Below are positions 41,867 to 51,187 of a DNA stretch of 64,000 bases, piece after piece. Numbering within the stretch: the first letter of the stretch is position 1; every line of letters starts with the position of its first letter. The notes under the pieces were generated by a model, which saw only the letters and a list, made by a program, of their open reading frames with translations, was not told the origin of the DNA and did not search any database. This DNA comes from an uncultured Pseudomonadota bacterium (GTDB taxonomy: Bacteria; Pseudomonadota; Alphaproteobacteria; RF32; CAG-239), in NCBI GenBank assembly GCA_947054505.1, contig CAMRWU010000002.1, positions 6,214 to 70,213 on the forward strand, in the 5' to 3' direction. The position numbers were made by a program, and so were the translations under genes.

Positions 41867-42191
41867 TTAAGCTAGTTCGAAGATGAATATATTTTGAAGG
41901 CTTGTTTTGCAGTATCTTCGAACTCACTTCTATATTTTTCAATAACTTAGCAAATTTCAGCCTTTTTTAAGCAAAAAAATAACCTCTGCTAATTTTTACA
42001 GAGGTTTATAGTCATTTAACTTACATTTTTAAGAAAAACAAGTTAACTCTTGTTACTCTCAATTCCTAAAGTTTCATGTTTCTTGGCTAGCGTTATCATC
42101 TGCAAAGCAATCGCCACTACTCTCTATAAAGTAGTATAATAGATGGAATACTTATTATATAAAGAGCAAGTTTTAATTTAGAAAGTAATTT

Positions 42192-42704
42192 CTATCTCTC
42201 TTTAATATAATCTAGAAATTTTTGAGAATAGCCCTCTTGGGATTTCTTATAAAGAATACCCTCTGCCTCTCTTTTCTGTTCCATTTTTTCTTTTAAATAT
42301 GCCTCTCTCTTTTCTACTTCCGGTTTTACCAACTCAAAATCATCTTTCACAATCTTTTCATAAGTTTTTGACGCCTCTTCAGTAAGTTTGTATCTCTCTA
42401 TTATATTGCTCTTTAAAACTTTATTTAACACACTCTGGAACGGCCATGAATCACTTTCTTTATTAGAAAGTACATAAGCTTGTATTTTGGAAAGTGAATA
42501 TAAGGATCCTTTTTTTAATGAGTATCCATCGACAACAAAACCACCATCTGCGTCAAAACTACTTGTTCCTTCCCAATGCATATCCGCAGTTTTGGGATGA
42601 GCCGACAATAAATAACGTCCATCAATACCTTTGTGAATAACGAGTGCCTGTGTAACTTCAGATTTATTTTCATTATCCACTATAATAATTTTACTTTTTT
42701 CCAT
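42192..42704 (-). CDS. hypothetical protein
   Basis: ~170 aa ORF; start probably at MEKSKIII. Confidence 0.4.
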   Translation of the reverse strand: MEKSKIIIVDNENKSEVTQALVIHKGIDGRYLLSAHPKTADMHWEGTSSFDADGGFVVDGYSLKKGSLYSLSKIQAYVLSNKESDSWPFQSVLNKVLKSNIIERYKLTEEASKTYEKIVKDDFELVKPEVEKREAYLKEKMEQKREAEGILYKKSQEGYSQKFLDYIKER

Positions 42705-42826
42705 TGTTTTATCCCCTTTCAAAATCTTCTTATATTGCAAATATATTTTTTTATATCAATTATTATATCCTAAAATCATAAATATTTCAACATAAATCTC
42801 GGAAACTGCACGTCGTCTCCAGCCAT

Positions 42827-42857
42827 AAAAACACCTCTTTATGAGGTGTTTTTTTAT
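42827..42857. terminator. terminator-like hairpin
   Basis: ACACCTC-TTTAT-GAGGTGT followed by a T7 run. Confidence 0.5.
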
Positions 42858-42869
42858 TAGATAGAGTAG

Positions 42870-43040
42870 CCATGGGAGAACCACCGGTTCGGAACGGATA
42901 GTTGGAGAAAACAAACATTGAGCTAGCAAAATGCGATGTTTGCCCCTTACGGCACGAAGAAACCACGCTCCGCGGGAGTACCCAATCCTGACAGACTGAA
43001 CAGAGGTTAAATTTTCGGATTTAACCTCTTGTTTTTTTTA
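42870..43040 (+). ncRNA. candidate small RNA or cis-regulatory leader ending in an intrinsic terminator
   Basis: ~170-nt noncoding segment with internal helices (AACAAACAT/ATGTTTG; CCGCGGG) ending in GAGGTTAAAT-TTTCGG-ATTTAACCTC plus a T9 run; class not identified. Confidence 0.3.
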
Positions 43041-43133
43041 TCAACAGAATTGAGTTTGGTTAAGTTATCATTAGCTAACCACCATTCCAATATTTACCAA
43101 CAAAAACTTACAAACATTTAATGCCTAAATCCT

Positions 43134-43346
43134 ATGAAAAAAATATTGCTTATATTAACAATCCTCTTATTTACGACATCCTCATTTGCCACTGAAGATA
43201 AAGCCGTAATTATGAATATCCAAACATATATCTATCATCATCCTTCCTGCAAATGGGCTAAAAAATGCACAAAGAATTGTATCAAAACCACCAAACAAAA
43301 AGCCCAAACTCAAGGAGCTCGGGCATGTAAAGTCTGTGGCGGATAA
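43134..43346 (+). CDS. small secreted cysteine-rich protein (possible metal-binding)
   Basis: 70 aa with signal peptide and an HHPSC...C...C...CKVCGG cysteine pattern. Confidence 0.4.
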   Translation: MKKILLILTILLFTTSSFATEDKAVIMNIQTYIYHHPSCKWAKKCTKNCIKTTKQKAQTQGARACKVCGG

Positions 43347-43411
43347 GGAAATTAAAAGCTCTTCATCCTCCTCCAAAATGACGAGCCAGATACTTGGCGA
43401 CCTAATATTCT

Positions 43412-44239
43412 CTAACTATCAATCAAATTTTTAACCTGAACCATCATCGCTATCCGATGCTTTTCTTGTGGTTTGAGAGAAACAAACGCATCTCCCTGAT
43501 TTGCCGGTTCGACACAAACAAATCTTTTATACTGTCCCTCACTCATTTCAGCCAAATCTTTATCCGGATTCCAAACCACCGTCGTGTTAGACCCACTTTT
43601 TTCAACAGAAATCACACGCTTTAGAATAGGATCAACAATTTCCGTTTTACCTCTATGCTCCAAAAATGCGGCATCAAATTCACCTTTAATTTTTAAATTA
43701 CCGTCTTGCATATAAACATTGCCATCTAAAGAGCTTCGATATTTATGCTTATCCAGTCCTCTTATCTCAATATCATCAACAGAGCCGACATTAAAATATG
43801 CATGCAGTGCTTCGCTAAAACTAAATTCAGCATTTCCGTTATTAACCGTCTCCAAACAATATTCCAGCTTATCGGTAATTTTAATAAAAAGGTTGGCTGT
43901 CATATCGACATTATATTTCGCATCAGGAACCAATGATAATTCCGCCTCTATTTTAGTTTCATCGACCAAAACGCTTTTTAAACACCAATCAGAAAGTCTT
44001 GCAAAACCATGGCGCGGCAAATGATCATTAAGCTTTTCTTCTGCAAATCTAGGCCAGCAAACCGGTATCCCCCCTCTAATCGCCTGAACATTATCAAACT
44101 TGTTAAGATGCCCCAACCAAAAAACATCTTCCTTTTCACCCTTGGGACAATAAGATACGAGATTGCCGCTCCACAAAGAAATTTTACATTCTGCCTGTTG
44201 ATTGCTTAAAGTTATAAACCCGTCGTTTTTACCATTCAT
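43412..44239 (-). CDS. yeaD: D-hexose-6-phosphate mutarotase (YeaD-like aldose-1-epimerase family)
   Basis: GGIPVCWPRF motif characteristic of glucose-6-phosphate 1-epimerases; start reset to MMNGKNDG. Confidence 0.7.
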   Translation of the reverse strand: MNGKNDGFITLSNQQAECKISLWSGNLVSYCPKGEKEDVFWLGHLNKFDNVQAIRGGIPVCWPRFAEEKLNDHLPRHGFARLSDWCLKSVLVDETKIEAELSLVPDAKYNVDMTANLFIKITDKLEYCLETVNNGNAEFSFSEALHAYFNVGSVDDIEIRGLDKHKYRSSLDGNVYMQDGNLKIKGEFDAAFLEHRGKTEIVDPILKRVISVEKSGSNTTVVWNPDKDLAEMSEGQYKRFVCVEPANQGDAFVSLKPQEKHRIAMMVQVKNLIDS

Positions 44240-44494
44240 CATTGTCGCCCTTTCTATTAGATAATAACCGTTAAAATACCGCACATCTAAAATAATATCA
44301 ATATCGTTATTACCTTTCCTATCTTCCTCTGTTTCAAAAAAATATTGACAAAAAGACACTCATATGATAAAAAATTAGACATAACAAAATATTATCTTGT
44401 TCATTATCATTCATATCTCGCTACTGCTTAGGCAACTGTAGCTCTTTCCTGTAACAACGAAAGAAAAAGATTAACGCCTACAAAAACTCCAATT

Positions 44495-45022
44495 ATGGAA
44501 TTAAACATTAACAACACTCAGCCTAGAATCATTGTCTGCCACAAAAACCCCGCTGATGTAGACGAAAACCCAATGGGATGGTTCACCCACGCTAAGAAGC
44601 TGACAAAAGGAAAAAAATACCATATGGTACGTATGGATGTTCACAGTTGGCATACAGAGGTTTATCTGGACGAATTTCCTAATATTCCTTTCAACAGCGT
44701 TCTTTTCTGTGAAAACGAAAGTGTAAAGCTCATCCAACTCCTGCAATATATCAAACAGGAAAGTCGGTGCATTTTCCAAACGTCCCTACAGAAAGACCTT
44801 AACCTTCGTCTCGCCGACAATTATTCGGTAAAAATCACCCAAAGGAGGCTAAAGATGATGAACGATGGTGATGTCCTCATTTTCGGACGTTCACCAAAAT
44901 GCGACATCTGTCTGCTCAAGCATGATGAGAAAATTTCTCCGGTTCACTTCTACATCAAAAAAGTAGGCATAACGTATCAAGTTTATGACTGCTCAAAGCT
45001 AGGAACGACAATTCTCGGCTAA
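44495..45022 (+). CDS. FHA-domain protein
   Basis: C-terminal LIFGRSPKCDICLL...VHFYIKK...YQVYDCSKLGTTILG fits the FHA pattern; paralogous to 23116..23430. Confidence 0.5.
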   Translation: MELNINNTQPRIIVCHKNPADVDENPMGWFTHAKKLTKGKKYHMVRMDVHSWHTEVYLDEFPNIPFNSVLFCENESVKLIQLLQYIKQESRCIFQTSLQKDLNLRLADNYSVKITQRRLKMMNDGDVLIFGRSPKCDICLLKHDEKISPVHFYIKKVGITYQVYDCSKLGTTILG

Positions 45023-45070
45023 ACAAGCCACTTTTTTCTAAACACGCATACTCATTCGAGATGCGTGTTT

Positions 45071-45763
45071 TTATTTTGCCGCAATAACCGATACGGCATC
45101 ACTCAATTCGTCCTCTCGCATCCGATGAGCCAAAGCATCATAGCATCGAACTTCCGGTCGCAACTTATGCTCCCTCAACCAAGCCAACGAATAATCAACC
45201 GTTTTATAATTGACAGTAACATCATCTTTTCCGTGAAAAAGATAAATTTCGGGAAACGATTTCTGCTCATGCGCCAAAGCCTCCGCACCTGCCACCACAC
45301 CGGAAAACATCAAACATTTACCGTCAAAATCCGGACGAGAAAGCGCCGTATAACAAGCCAACATAGCCCCCTGAGAAAAACCGGCAATTATCGTATGTTT
45401 ATTATCTATTCGTGTTTCTTTCTGCAAGGTATCTATCAATTTATTAATTTCCGCGGACACTTCCTTTAACTCGCCCCCAAAACGATTATAAATATCCGCC
45501 AATACCTCTACCGACACCTCCGGATTGCGCCGTTCATCATGCGGATCATGAGCCCACAAACTGTACCATTGCCTTTTTTGCGAATTTTTTTCACAAGCCG
45601 TCTCCGCTTCCGGAGTAACAATCACCATGTTCGGCATTTTTTCTTTAAAAAAATTCACTGCATATTCAATATCTTGGATCGTTCCGTTATACCCATGCAA
45701 AAAAACAAGCAATTTTTCCACCTTTTCTTCGGTATTGAAATATTTCTTTACATAATGTGACAT
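45071..45763 (-). CDS. phospholipase/carboxylesterase-family alpha/beta hydrolase
   Basis: GFSQGAM nucleophile elbow (GxSxG); ~230 aa esterase fold. Confidence 0.65.
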   Translation of the reverse strand: MSHYVKKYFNTEEKVEKLLVFLHGYNGTIQDIEYAVNFFKEKMPNMVIVTPEAETACEKNSQKRQWYSLWAHDPHDERRNPEVSVEVLADIYNRFGGELKEVSAEINKLIDTLQKETRIDNKHTIIAGFSQGAMLACYTALSRPDFDGKCLMFSGVVAGAEALAHEQKSFPEIYLFHGKDDVTVNYKTVDYSLAWLREHKLRPEVRCYDALAHRMREDELSDAVSVIAAK

Positions 45764-45829
45764 GAAGAATCCTTTTTTATATGATAAATACTTATAATAT
45801 TGAAACTAACTAAAAAAATTTAAGAAAAA

Positions 45830-47227
45830 ATGAAAAACAATCCTTTTGCCAAGGTATTCCGCACCGCATTTGAAACAGACATCCTCTCGGGAGCCGTCTG
45901 TATTCCCCAATCATCAGACCGCCCTGATATTGCGCCGAGAGTATCTTGCTTTCTAAACGAATTAAACAAATTTCTCCGCACCAATGGAGAAAAACCATTG
46001 CTTTATCAAAAATACGCCATTGATGAACACAAACTTCTGGAATACGCATTGTTTTTGCGCGGTTACATGAGAGATTCTCAAACAATCCTATCGCAACTTC
46101 AGCCTCATCACGCCACAGATCAAGGATTAATAGACTTGTTCCGCGCCTCAAGTGAATATGCCGTTGCCTGCAATCATCAATTCGGCAACAAAAAAATATT
46201 CAATAACAACGTTGATTATCGCCTTTGGCAAATCCGTTCCACCCCCCAAAGCCATGTAGAAACGGCACAAAACATCGAAACATCTCGACACAACATGTTC
46301 TTGTTCATGCCCTTCCGCATCAAAGATAACGAAGCCGAATTGCAAAAATGGATTTTCATGAACATGCAAAACACGATGGAAAACCAACAGGTTTTCGGAA
46401 AAAGTGTTGATGTTTACGTAAATTTTTTCCCAATTCAAAAATCAAGATCATCCAACATCCACTCTTTGCTCCAAACAATCAAAGAACCTGAAACATATTA
46501 CGAACAGACAGACATGCTCTTTGTGCAAAAATATTGGAAAGACTTTATTGGCCAAAATATCATCTTTGATGAAAAAGGACAGGCAATCTCCGGAGAAACA
46601 CTCAAAGAAAACGAATTATTGCAAAATTTCTCCAACATCTCTATTTTTGCCTATTGCTCCGGAGCGGCCAATGCTCACAGATGTCTTAATGCCCTCTACG
46701 ACGTAACCAGTCAAATGTACGATGAAAATACGGCGCAAAAAGCCATGCAAAAAATTGAAATAATGACTTATGGCTTTTTACCGTTGCAACAACATTCCCG
46801 TTACAGCGGCATTCATTTTTACACCAACGCCATCGACGATGTCAACCGTCACGAACCTTTTGTAAACCTCAACAACCACCTCTTGTACGAACAAACAAAA
46901 TGTAAAACAGACACTCCAGCCCGCTATTCGGTCATGCCTGACGGACGAAATTTTATCGTTTCCCTACGAATGCCCGAAAAAATGACCATCTGGCGAAATA
47001 ACCAACCCGAACAATTTCAAGACAAAGAATTTGGACACAGTATTCTCTTTCTGACCAAAGAAAATCTTTTAGACAGTGACAATTATGCTTACAATCTGTT
47101 CCGTTCAGCGTTTGAACAAACCAGTCTGGGAAAGCGCGGAGCAGATATTCTTAACTTTACACCGCGATCAAATACAAACAATATCCTATTAAACAGTCAT
47201 CTTAAAGGTCAAATGCAAAGATTATAA
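45830..47227 (+). CDS. hypothetical protein (465 aa), paralog-family member with SG[SA]ANAH motif
   Basis: no recognised domain; shares the FAYCSGAANAH motif with 58070..59647. Confidence 0.45.
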   Translation: MKNNPFAKVFRTAFETDILSGAVCIPQSSDRPDIAPRVSCFLNELNKFLRTNGEKPLLYQKYAIDEHKLLEYALFLRGYMRDSQTILSQLQPHHATDQGLIDLFRASSEYAVACNHQFGNKKIFNNNVDYRLWQIRSTPQSHVETAQNIETSRHNMFLFMPFRIKDNEAELQKWIFMNMQNTMENQQVFGKSVDVYVNFFPIQKSRSSNIHSLLQTIKEPETYYEQTDMLFVQKYWKDFIGQNIIFDEKGQAISGETLKENELLQNFSNISIFAYCSGAANAHRCLNALYDVTSQMYDENTAQKAMQKIEIMTYGFLPLQQHSRYSGIHFYTNAIDDVNRHEPFVNLNNHLLYEQTKCKTDTPARYSVMPDGRNFIVSLRMPEKMTIWRNNQPEQFQDKEFGHSILFLTKENLLDSDNYAYNLFRSAFEQTSLGKRGADILNFTPRSNTNNILLNSHLKGQMQRL

Positions 47228-47253
47228 ACAAAAAAGTTGACTTTCCCTCATTT

Positions 47254-47721
47254 TTGTCTATAATAAAGATACAAGTAAGCAATTATGTATCTATTAACAA
47301 ATTAACTCCCGAACAAATGAACTATAACGAAAAAAAGCAGGCTCTTGCAAACATCGTAAGAGACCACTTTAAATACTCCGACTATGAAAACATCGGCACG
47401 ATGTTCTTCGTAAAAAAGCATTCCGGCTGTGTACTCCGTGACGTCGTATACTACTGCTCTCTCCGACACGGCCTCGAATTCGAAGTCATAATGCTTGACA
47501 GCTCATACTTCGTCGGCAACAAAAAACACGCCCTCGCTCTCAAGGAAGCCCTCGGCGGTAAAGCTTACCCAACCGAATTCTGCCATGTCGCAGAAAATCC
47601 TCGCGAACTCTGGGCTTGGGAAGGTCCTCTCCGTCAGGAACAGTGCTTTCGTCGCACTCCTTACTCAAACGAGCCGCCTCTCCTTCTCGACATTGAGGAA
47701 ATAAAAACCATCCTCTTCTAA
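47254..47721 (+). CDS. hypothetical protein (155 aa)
   Basis: ORF with a plausible start; unknown function. Confidence 0.4.
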   Translation: MSIIKIQVSNYVSINKLTPEQMNYNEKKQALANIVRDHFKYSDYENIGTMFFVKKHSGCVLRDVVYYCSLRHGLEFEVIMLDSSYFVGNKKHALALKEALGGKAYPTEFCHVAENPRELWAWEGPLRQEQCFRRTPYSNEPPLLLDIEEIKTILF

Positions 47722-47766
47722 AAACAAAACACCGGCAATCTTCCAAAGATTACCGGTGTTTGCTTT
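47722..47766. terminator. bidirectional terminator
   Basis: AACACCGGCAATCTT...AAGATTACCGGTGTT hairpin flanked by A/T runs, between convergent genes. Confidence 0.55.
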
Positions 47767-48554
47767 TATAACAAAGGTTTATTATTCAACACATCGTCCA
47801 AACGTTGTTTCGCCAAATCAATATACTGCTGATTGATATCCACTCCGACAAACTGCCGCCCATTCCTGAGAGCAGCAACCCCCGTCGTCCCGCTCCCCAT
47901 AAACGGATCCAAAATCAAATCCCCTTCATGTGTAGAAGCAGTAATAATCCGCTCCAATAAAGCCAACGGCTTTTGCGTTGGATGCCGCCCAAACAATTTT
48001 TCATTTTGCGGTGGCGTAAAAATGGACCATACACTACGCATCTGCTTATTGGGACTTTTAATCATATCTTTTGAAAAATCACCGTTTTTCATCGCATCAT
48101 AATTAAAATAATGCTTAGCCTTTTTACTTTTCTTAGCCCAAATCAGACTTTCGTGACTGGCGGTAAAATATTTGCACGATAAATTCGGTGCTGCATTAGG
48201 CTTAAACCAAATCACATCATTCAAAATATGATAATTGAGCATCATCATGGCAAAACCGCAGGGATACAAACTGTGATATGTTCCGGAAACCCAAATGGTT
48301 CCGTTGGGTTTCAACAGACGCTTACACAATTCCAGCCATTTTTTATGAAACTCAAAATCCTCGGCAATACCGCCCTGACTTTTATCCCATTTACCTTTAT
48401 TGATGGAAACCAGTTTTCCGTTTTGACAACTGGTCCCCCCATTTGACAGAAAATAAGGCGGATCGGCAAAAATCATATCAAACGTTTCGTCCGGAAACTT
48501 TGCCAATACTTCAAAACAATCCCCTTGATACAATTGATACGATTTTTCAGACAT
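47766..48554 (-). CDS. beta-class DNA methyltransferase (N6-adenine or N4-cytosine; CcrM/M.HinfI-like)
   Basis: motif IV FADPPYF precedes motif I DPFMGSGTTGVAA; start reset to MSEKSYQLYQGDC with AGGTAGG RBS. Confidence 0.75.
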   Translation of the reverse strand: MSEKSYQLYQGDCFEVLAKFPDETFDMIFADPPYFLSNGGTSCQNGKLVSINKGKWDKSQGGIAEDFEFHKKWLELCKRLLKPNGTIWVSGTYHSLYPCGFAMMMLNYHILNDVIWFKPNAAPNLSCKYFTASHESLIWAKKSKKAKHYFNYDAMKNGDFSKDMIKSPNKQMRSVWSIFTPPQNEKLFGRHPTQKPLALLERIITASTHEGDLILDPFMGSGTTGVAALRNGRQFVGVDINQQYIDLAKQRLDDVLNNKPLL

Positions 48555-48633
48555 ACGGAACCTACCTGTTAAGCTTTTCTCTTTTCTATCCGATAACAAA
48601 ACAACTTGCAAGTCCCGCAACCATTTACTCTAC

Positions 48634-48666
48634 AAGAAAAAGCACCTTGTTCAGGTGCTTTTTCTT
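48634..48666 (-). terminator. rho-independent terminator after the hdeD-like gene
   Basis: AGCACC-TTGTTCA-GGTGCT with flanking A/T runs. Confidence 0.5.
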
Positions 48667-48672
48667 AAAATA

Positions 48673-49215
48673 TTACTCAGCCACAACCACATGTCTGCGG
48701 TGATCAAAATACTCGATGACTTCCACCACACCGTACAACAGAATATAAGCTCCCATTAATGCGGTAAGGGTATAAACACCTAAAGCGGGATAAGCCAAAA
48801 TCAAAAAGGCAAAAAGAACGCCCAAAATACCGGCAACCAAAGACCAATACCATGGCAAACCGGTATTCTTAAACTGAAATGCGGTTACAATCTGCACCAC
48901 ACCGACAGCCATACACCACAAAGCGAAAATAATCGGCAAAGAAACGGCGCTGACACCGAGATTGGAAACAAAGACCACACCGACTAAAATATCCAAAAGA
49001 CCGACCACAAGATACCAACCGGAGCGAAACGAAAAAGAGGCCATAAAATAACCGGCACCCACAACAATAAACACAATACCGAGATACAAAGCCAAAGCCA
49101 TCAAAGATACTGCGGGATTAAACCAAATATAAATACCTAACAAGGCCATAATAATCCCTCCGGCCAAATGCCACAGGCTGGCGGGATTTTCGTTAACAAC
49201 TTTTACATCAGCCAT
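48673..49215 (-). CDS. HdeD-family (DUF308) membrane protein
   Basis: six short TM hairpins in repeated pattern, ~180 aa. Confidence 0.55.
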   Translation of the reverse strand: MADVKVVNENPASLWHLAGGIIMALLGIYIWFNPAVSLMALALYLGIVFIVVGAGYFMASFSFRSGWYLVVGLLDILVGVVFVSNLGVSAVSLPIIFALWCMAVGVVQIVTAFQFKNTGLPWYWSLVAGILGVLFAFLILAYPALGVYTLTALMGAYILLYGVVEVIEYFDHRRHVVVAE

Positions 49216-49327
49216 AATCGAACTCCTAAAAAATTAAAATCAACACAGATATATGCTCGGAATTTCATTTTTAAAGAAGCTCACAAAAAAGGGCGCTGTA
49301 TCAAAACAACACCCTTGAATTTCAAAA

Positions 49328-49639
49328 TTAGTTTTTAAATCGCCAAAAAACACGGTAAAGACACCTTTTACTACTGATTGTGCGTACCATGACTTCTAAA
49401 TCTTCCGGCTTAACCCCCTGTGGCGGACACTTTTTGGTATACCCGCGACAAACATGTCCATCCAGAAGAAAATCCATCCGAAAAACGCCATCCGCCTGAG
49501 GAACTGTGTCAAAACATTCGACCTTATACCATACCGGAGTCCCAAAACGCTTTTTCAGCTTGAGATAATACTTTAACCCGCATACACCGACAATTACAGC
49601 AAACAAAACGCCGGCAAAAAAAGTTAATAAGTGCAACAT
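49328..49639 (-). CDS. hypothetical membrane-anchored protein
   Basis: 103 aa with an N-terminal TM helix. Confidence 0.4.
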   Translation of the reverse strand: MLHLLTFFAGVLFAVIVGVCGLKYYLKLKKRFGTPVWYKVECFDTVPQADGVFRMDFLLDGHVCRGYTKKCPPQGVKPEDLEVMVRTISSKRCLYRVFWRFKN

Positions 49640-49778
49640 AATTTATAAATTTTTGATTTTGAATAACTATATATCATAAAACCACCAAGTCAAGCACAAT
49701 AAAAAATAAAATTTTCCCTCTTTACAACATTCTGAGACAGATATACATTGGTGCGGTTTTAAAAATAAGGAAAAAACA

Positions 49779-51179
49779 ATGGTTCAGGATATGACAGTCG
49801 GCAACCCGCTCCGACTTATTTTCAAATTTTCAATTCCGTTGCTGCTGGGAAACCTGTTGCAAAACATCTACCATATCTCCGATATTATGATTGTCGGACG
49901 CCTGATTGATACGCAAGCCTTGGCCGCGGTTGGTTCATCTGCGCCGATATACTTTGTTTTTCTCCTCATCACACTGGGTTTCACCGGAGGTTTGACCATT
50001 GTCACCGCCCAACAATTCGGAGCCCACAATCCGGCCGGTGTTCGCCGCTCCGTCACCCACAGCATTATCGCCAGCTCCATTCTCAGTTTGTTGTTCACAT
50101 TTGGCATGCTCTGGGGACTACGCCCGTTATTACAAATCATGAACGTTCCTGCCGCTATTTTTGAACAAGCCTACATTTTTATGTATTACCTGACCTGCGG
50201 TATGACCATGCTGGTAGGCTACAACCTGTTATCCGGCTTCATCCGAGCCTTGGGCGACAGTAAAACCCCGCTTTATTTTCTTTTATTTTCAACACTTTTG
50301 AATATCTTTCTCAATTTCTGCTTTATTTATTACGGCAAAATGGGCATCATCGGTTCCGCTCTCGGAACAATCATCGCCATCTCGTTGTCCGTTGTTTTTT
50401 GTATCATCTACATCGGCAAAAAATACCCGATATTGCGCCTGCAAAAAAATGACTGGAAATTCAACGCCGATTTTATGATGCAACACTTGCGGGTTGCAGT
50501 ACCGATGTCACTCCAATTTTCAATTATCGCCTTCGGCATTATGATTATTCAAAGCATCTGCAACTCTTTTGGTGCAGAAACAATTGCCGCATTTACGGCG
50601 GCTCTGCGCATAGAACAACTGTCAACTCAACCATTGCTGGCTTTAGGACTTTCCATCGCCACCTACACGGCACAAAATTACGGCGCCGGAAAATTTGCAC
50701 GTATCCGTCGTGCCGTCTTCCAATGCGCTTTGATTTCTTTTGGTTTCAGCATCATCATCACCTTGTTGGTCCGCTTTGTCGGAGAAAATATGATTGATAT
50801 GTTCCTCAAAGAAAAGAATATGACCATTATCGAAATAGCCCAAAACTATCTCAACATCAGCACAATGTTCTATTTCTTCCTCGGAATGATTTTCATCTAT
50901 CGCAACGCCCTGCAAGGGATGGGACGCTCGGACATCCCTCTTCTTGCCAGCATTGTGGAACTCGGAATGCGTGCATTTGCCGCCATTTACCTTGCCAAAA
51001 GCATGGGATACCTTGGCATTTGTTATGCCAGCCCGATTGCGTGGGTCGGTGGCGCGGTTGTCGTCTTCACCGGCTACCACTTAACCATCCACGGCCTGCG
51101 CCAAAAAATATCGGAAGACGGTTTTTACAAAAAATTTGCCAAGCAAGTATTTCTGCAGGAAGGAACACCCGCCGAATAA
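49779..51179 (+). CDS. MATE-family efflux transporter
   Basis: 12-TM protein with twofold repeat; N-terminus TVGNPLRLIFKFSIPLLLGNLLQ typical of MATE. Confidence 0.75.
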   Translation: MVQDMTVGNPLRLIFKFSIPLLLGNLLQNIYHISDIMIVGRLIDTQALAAVGSSAPIYFVFLLITLGFTGGLTIVTAQQFGAHNPAGVRRSVTHSIIASSILSLLFTFGMLWGLRPLLQIMNVPAAIFEQAYIFMYYLTCGMTMLVGYNLLSGFIRALGDSKTPLYFLLFSTLLNIFLNFCFIYYGKMGIIGSALGTIIAISLSVVFCIIYIGKKYPILRLQKNDWKFNADFMMQHLRVAVPMSLQFSIIAFGIMIIQSICNSFGAETIAAFTAALRIEQLSTQPLLALGLSIATYTAQNYGAGKFARIRRAVFQCALISFGFSIIITLLVRFVGENMIDMFLKEKNMTIIEIAQNYLNISTMFYFFLGMIFIYRNALQGMGRSDIPLLASIVELGMRAFAAIYLAKSMGYLGICYASPIAWVGGAVVVFTGYHLTIHGLRQKISEDGFYKKFAKQVFLQEGTPAE

Positions 51180-51187
51180 GCCATACG

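Noticed and set aside
42870-43040. Assignment of the candidate ncRNA to a known riboswitch class (cobalamin, glycine, SAM-II, ZTP, fluoride)
   Set aside because: No consensus elements (B12 box, GGAGAG/CUCUGGAGAG, CUGAUGA and so on) could be matched by eye; left unclassified.
30811-43100. Long direct repeat of the tRNA-Gln(UUG) 3' end marking the far boundary of the island
   Set aside because: None found by eye. This is expected if integration was by the serine integrase (2-bp crossover, no duplication), so the boundary is placed by composition and gene content only.
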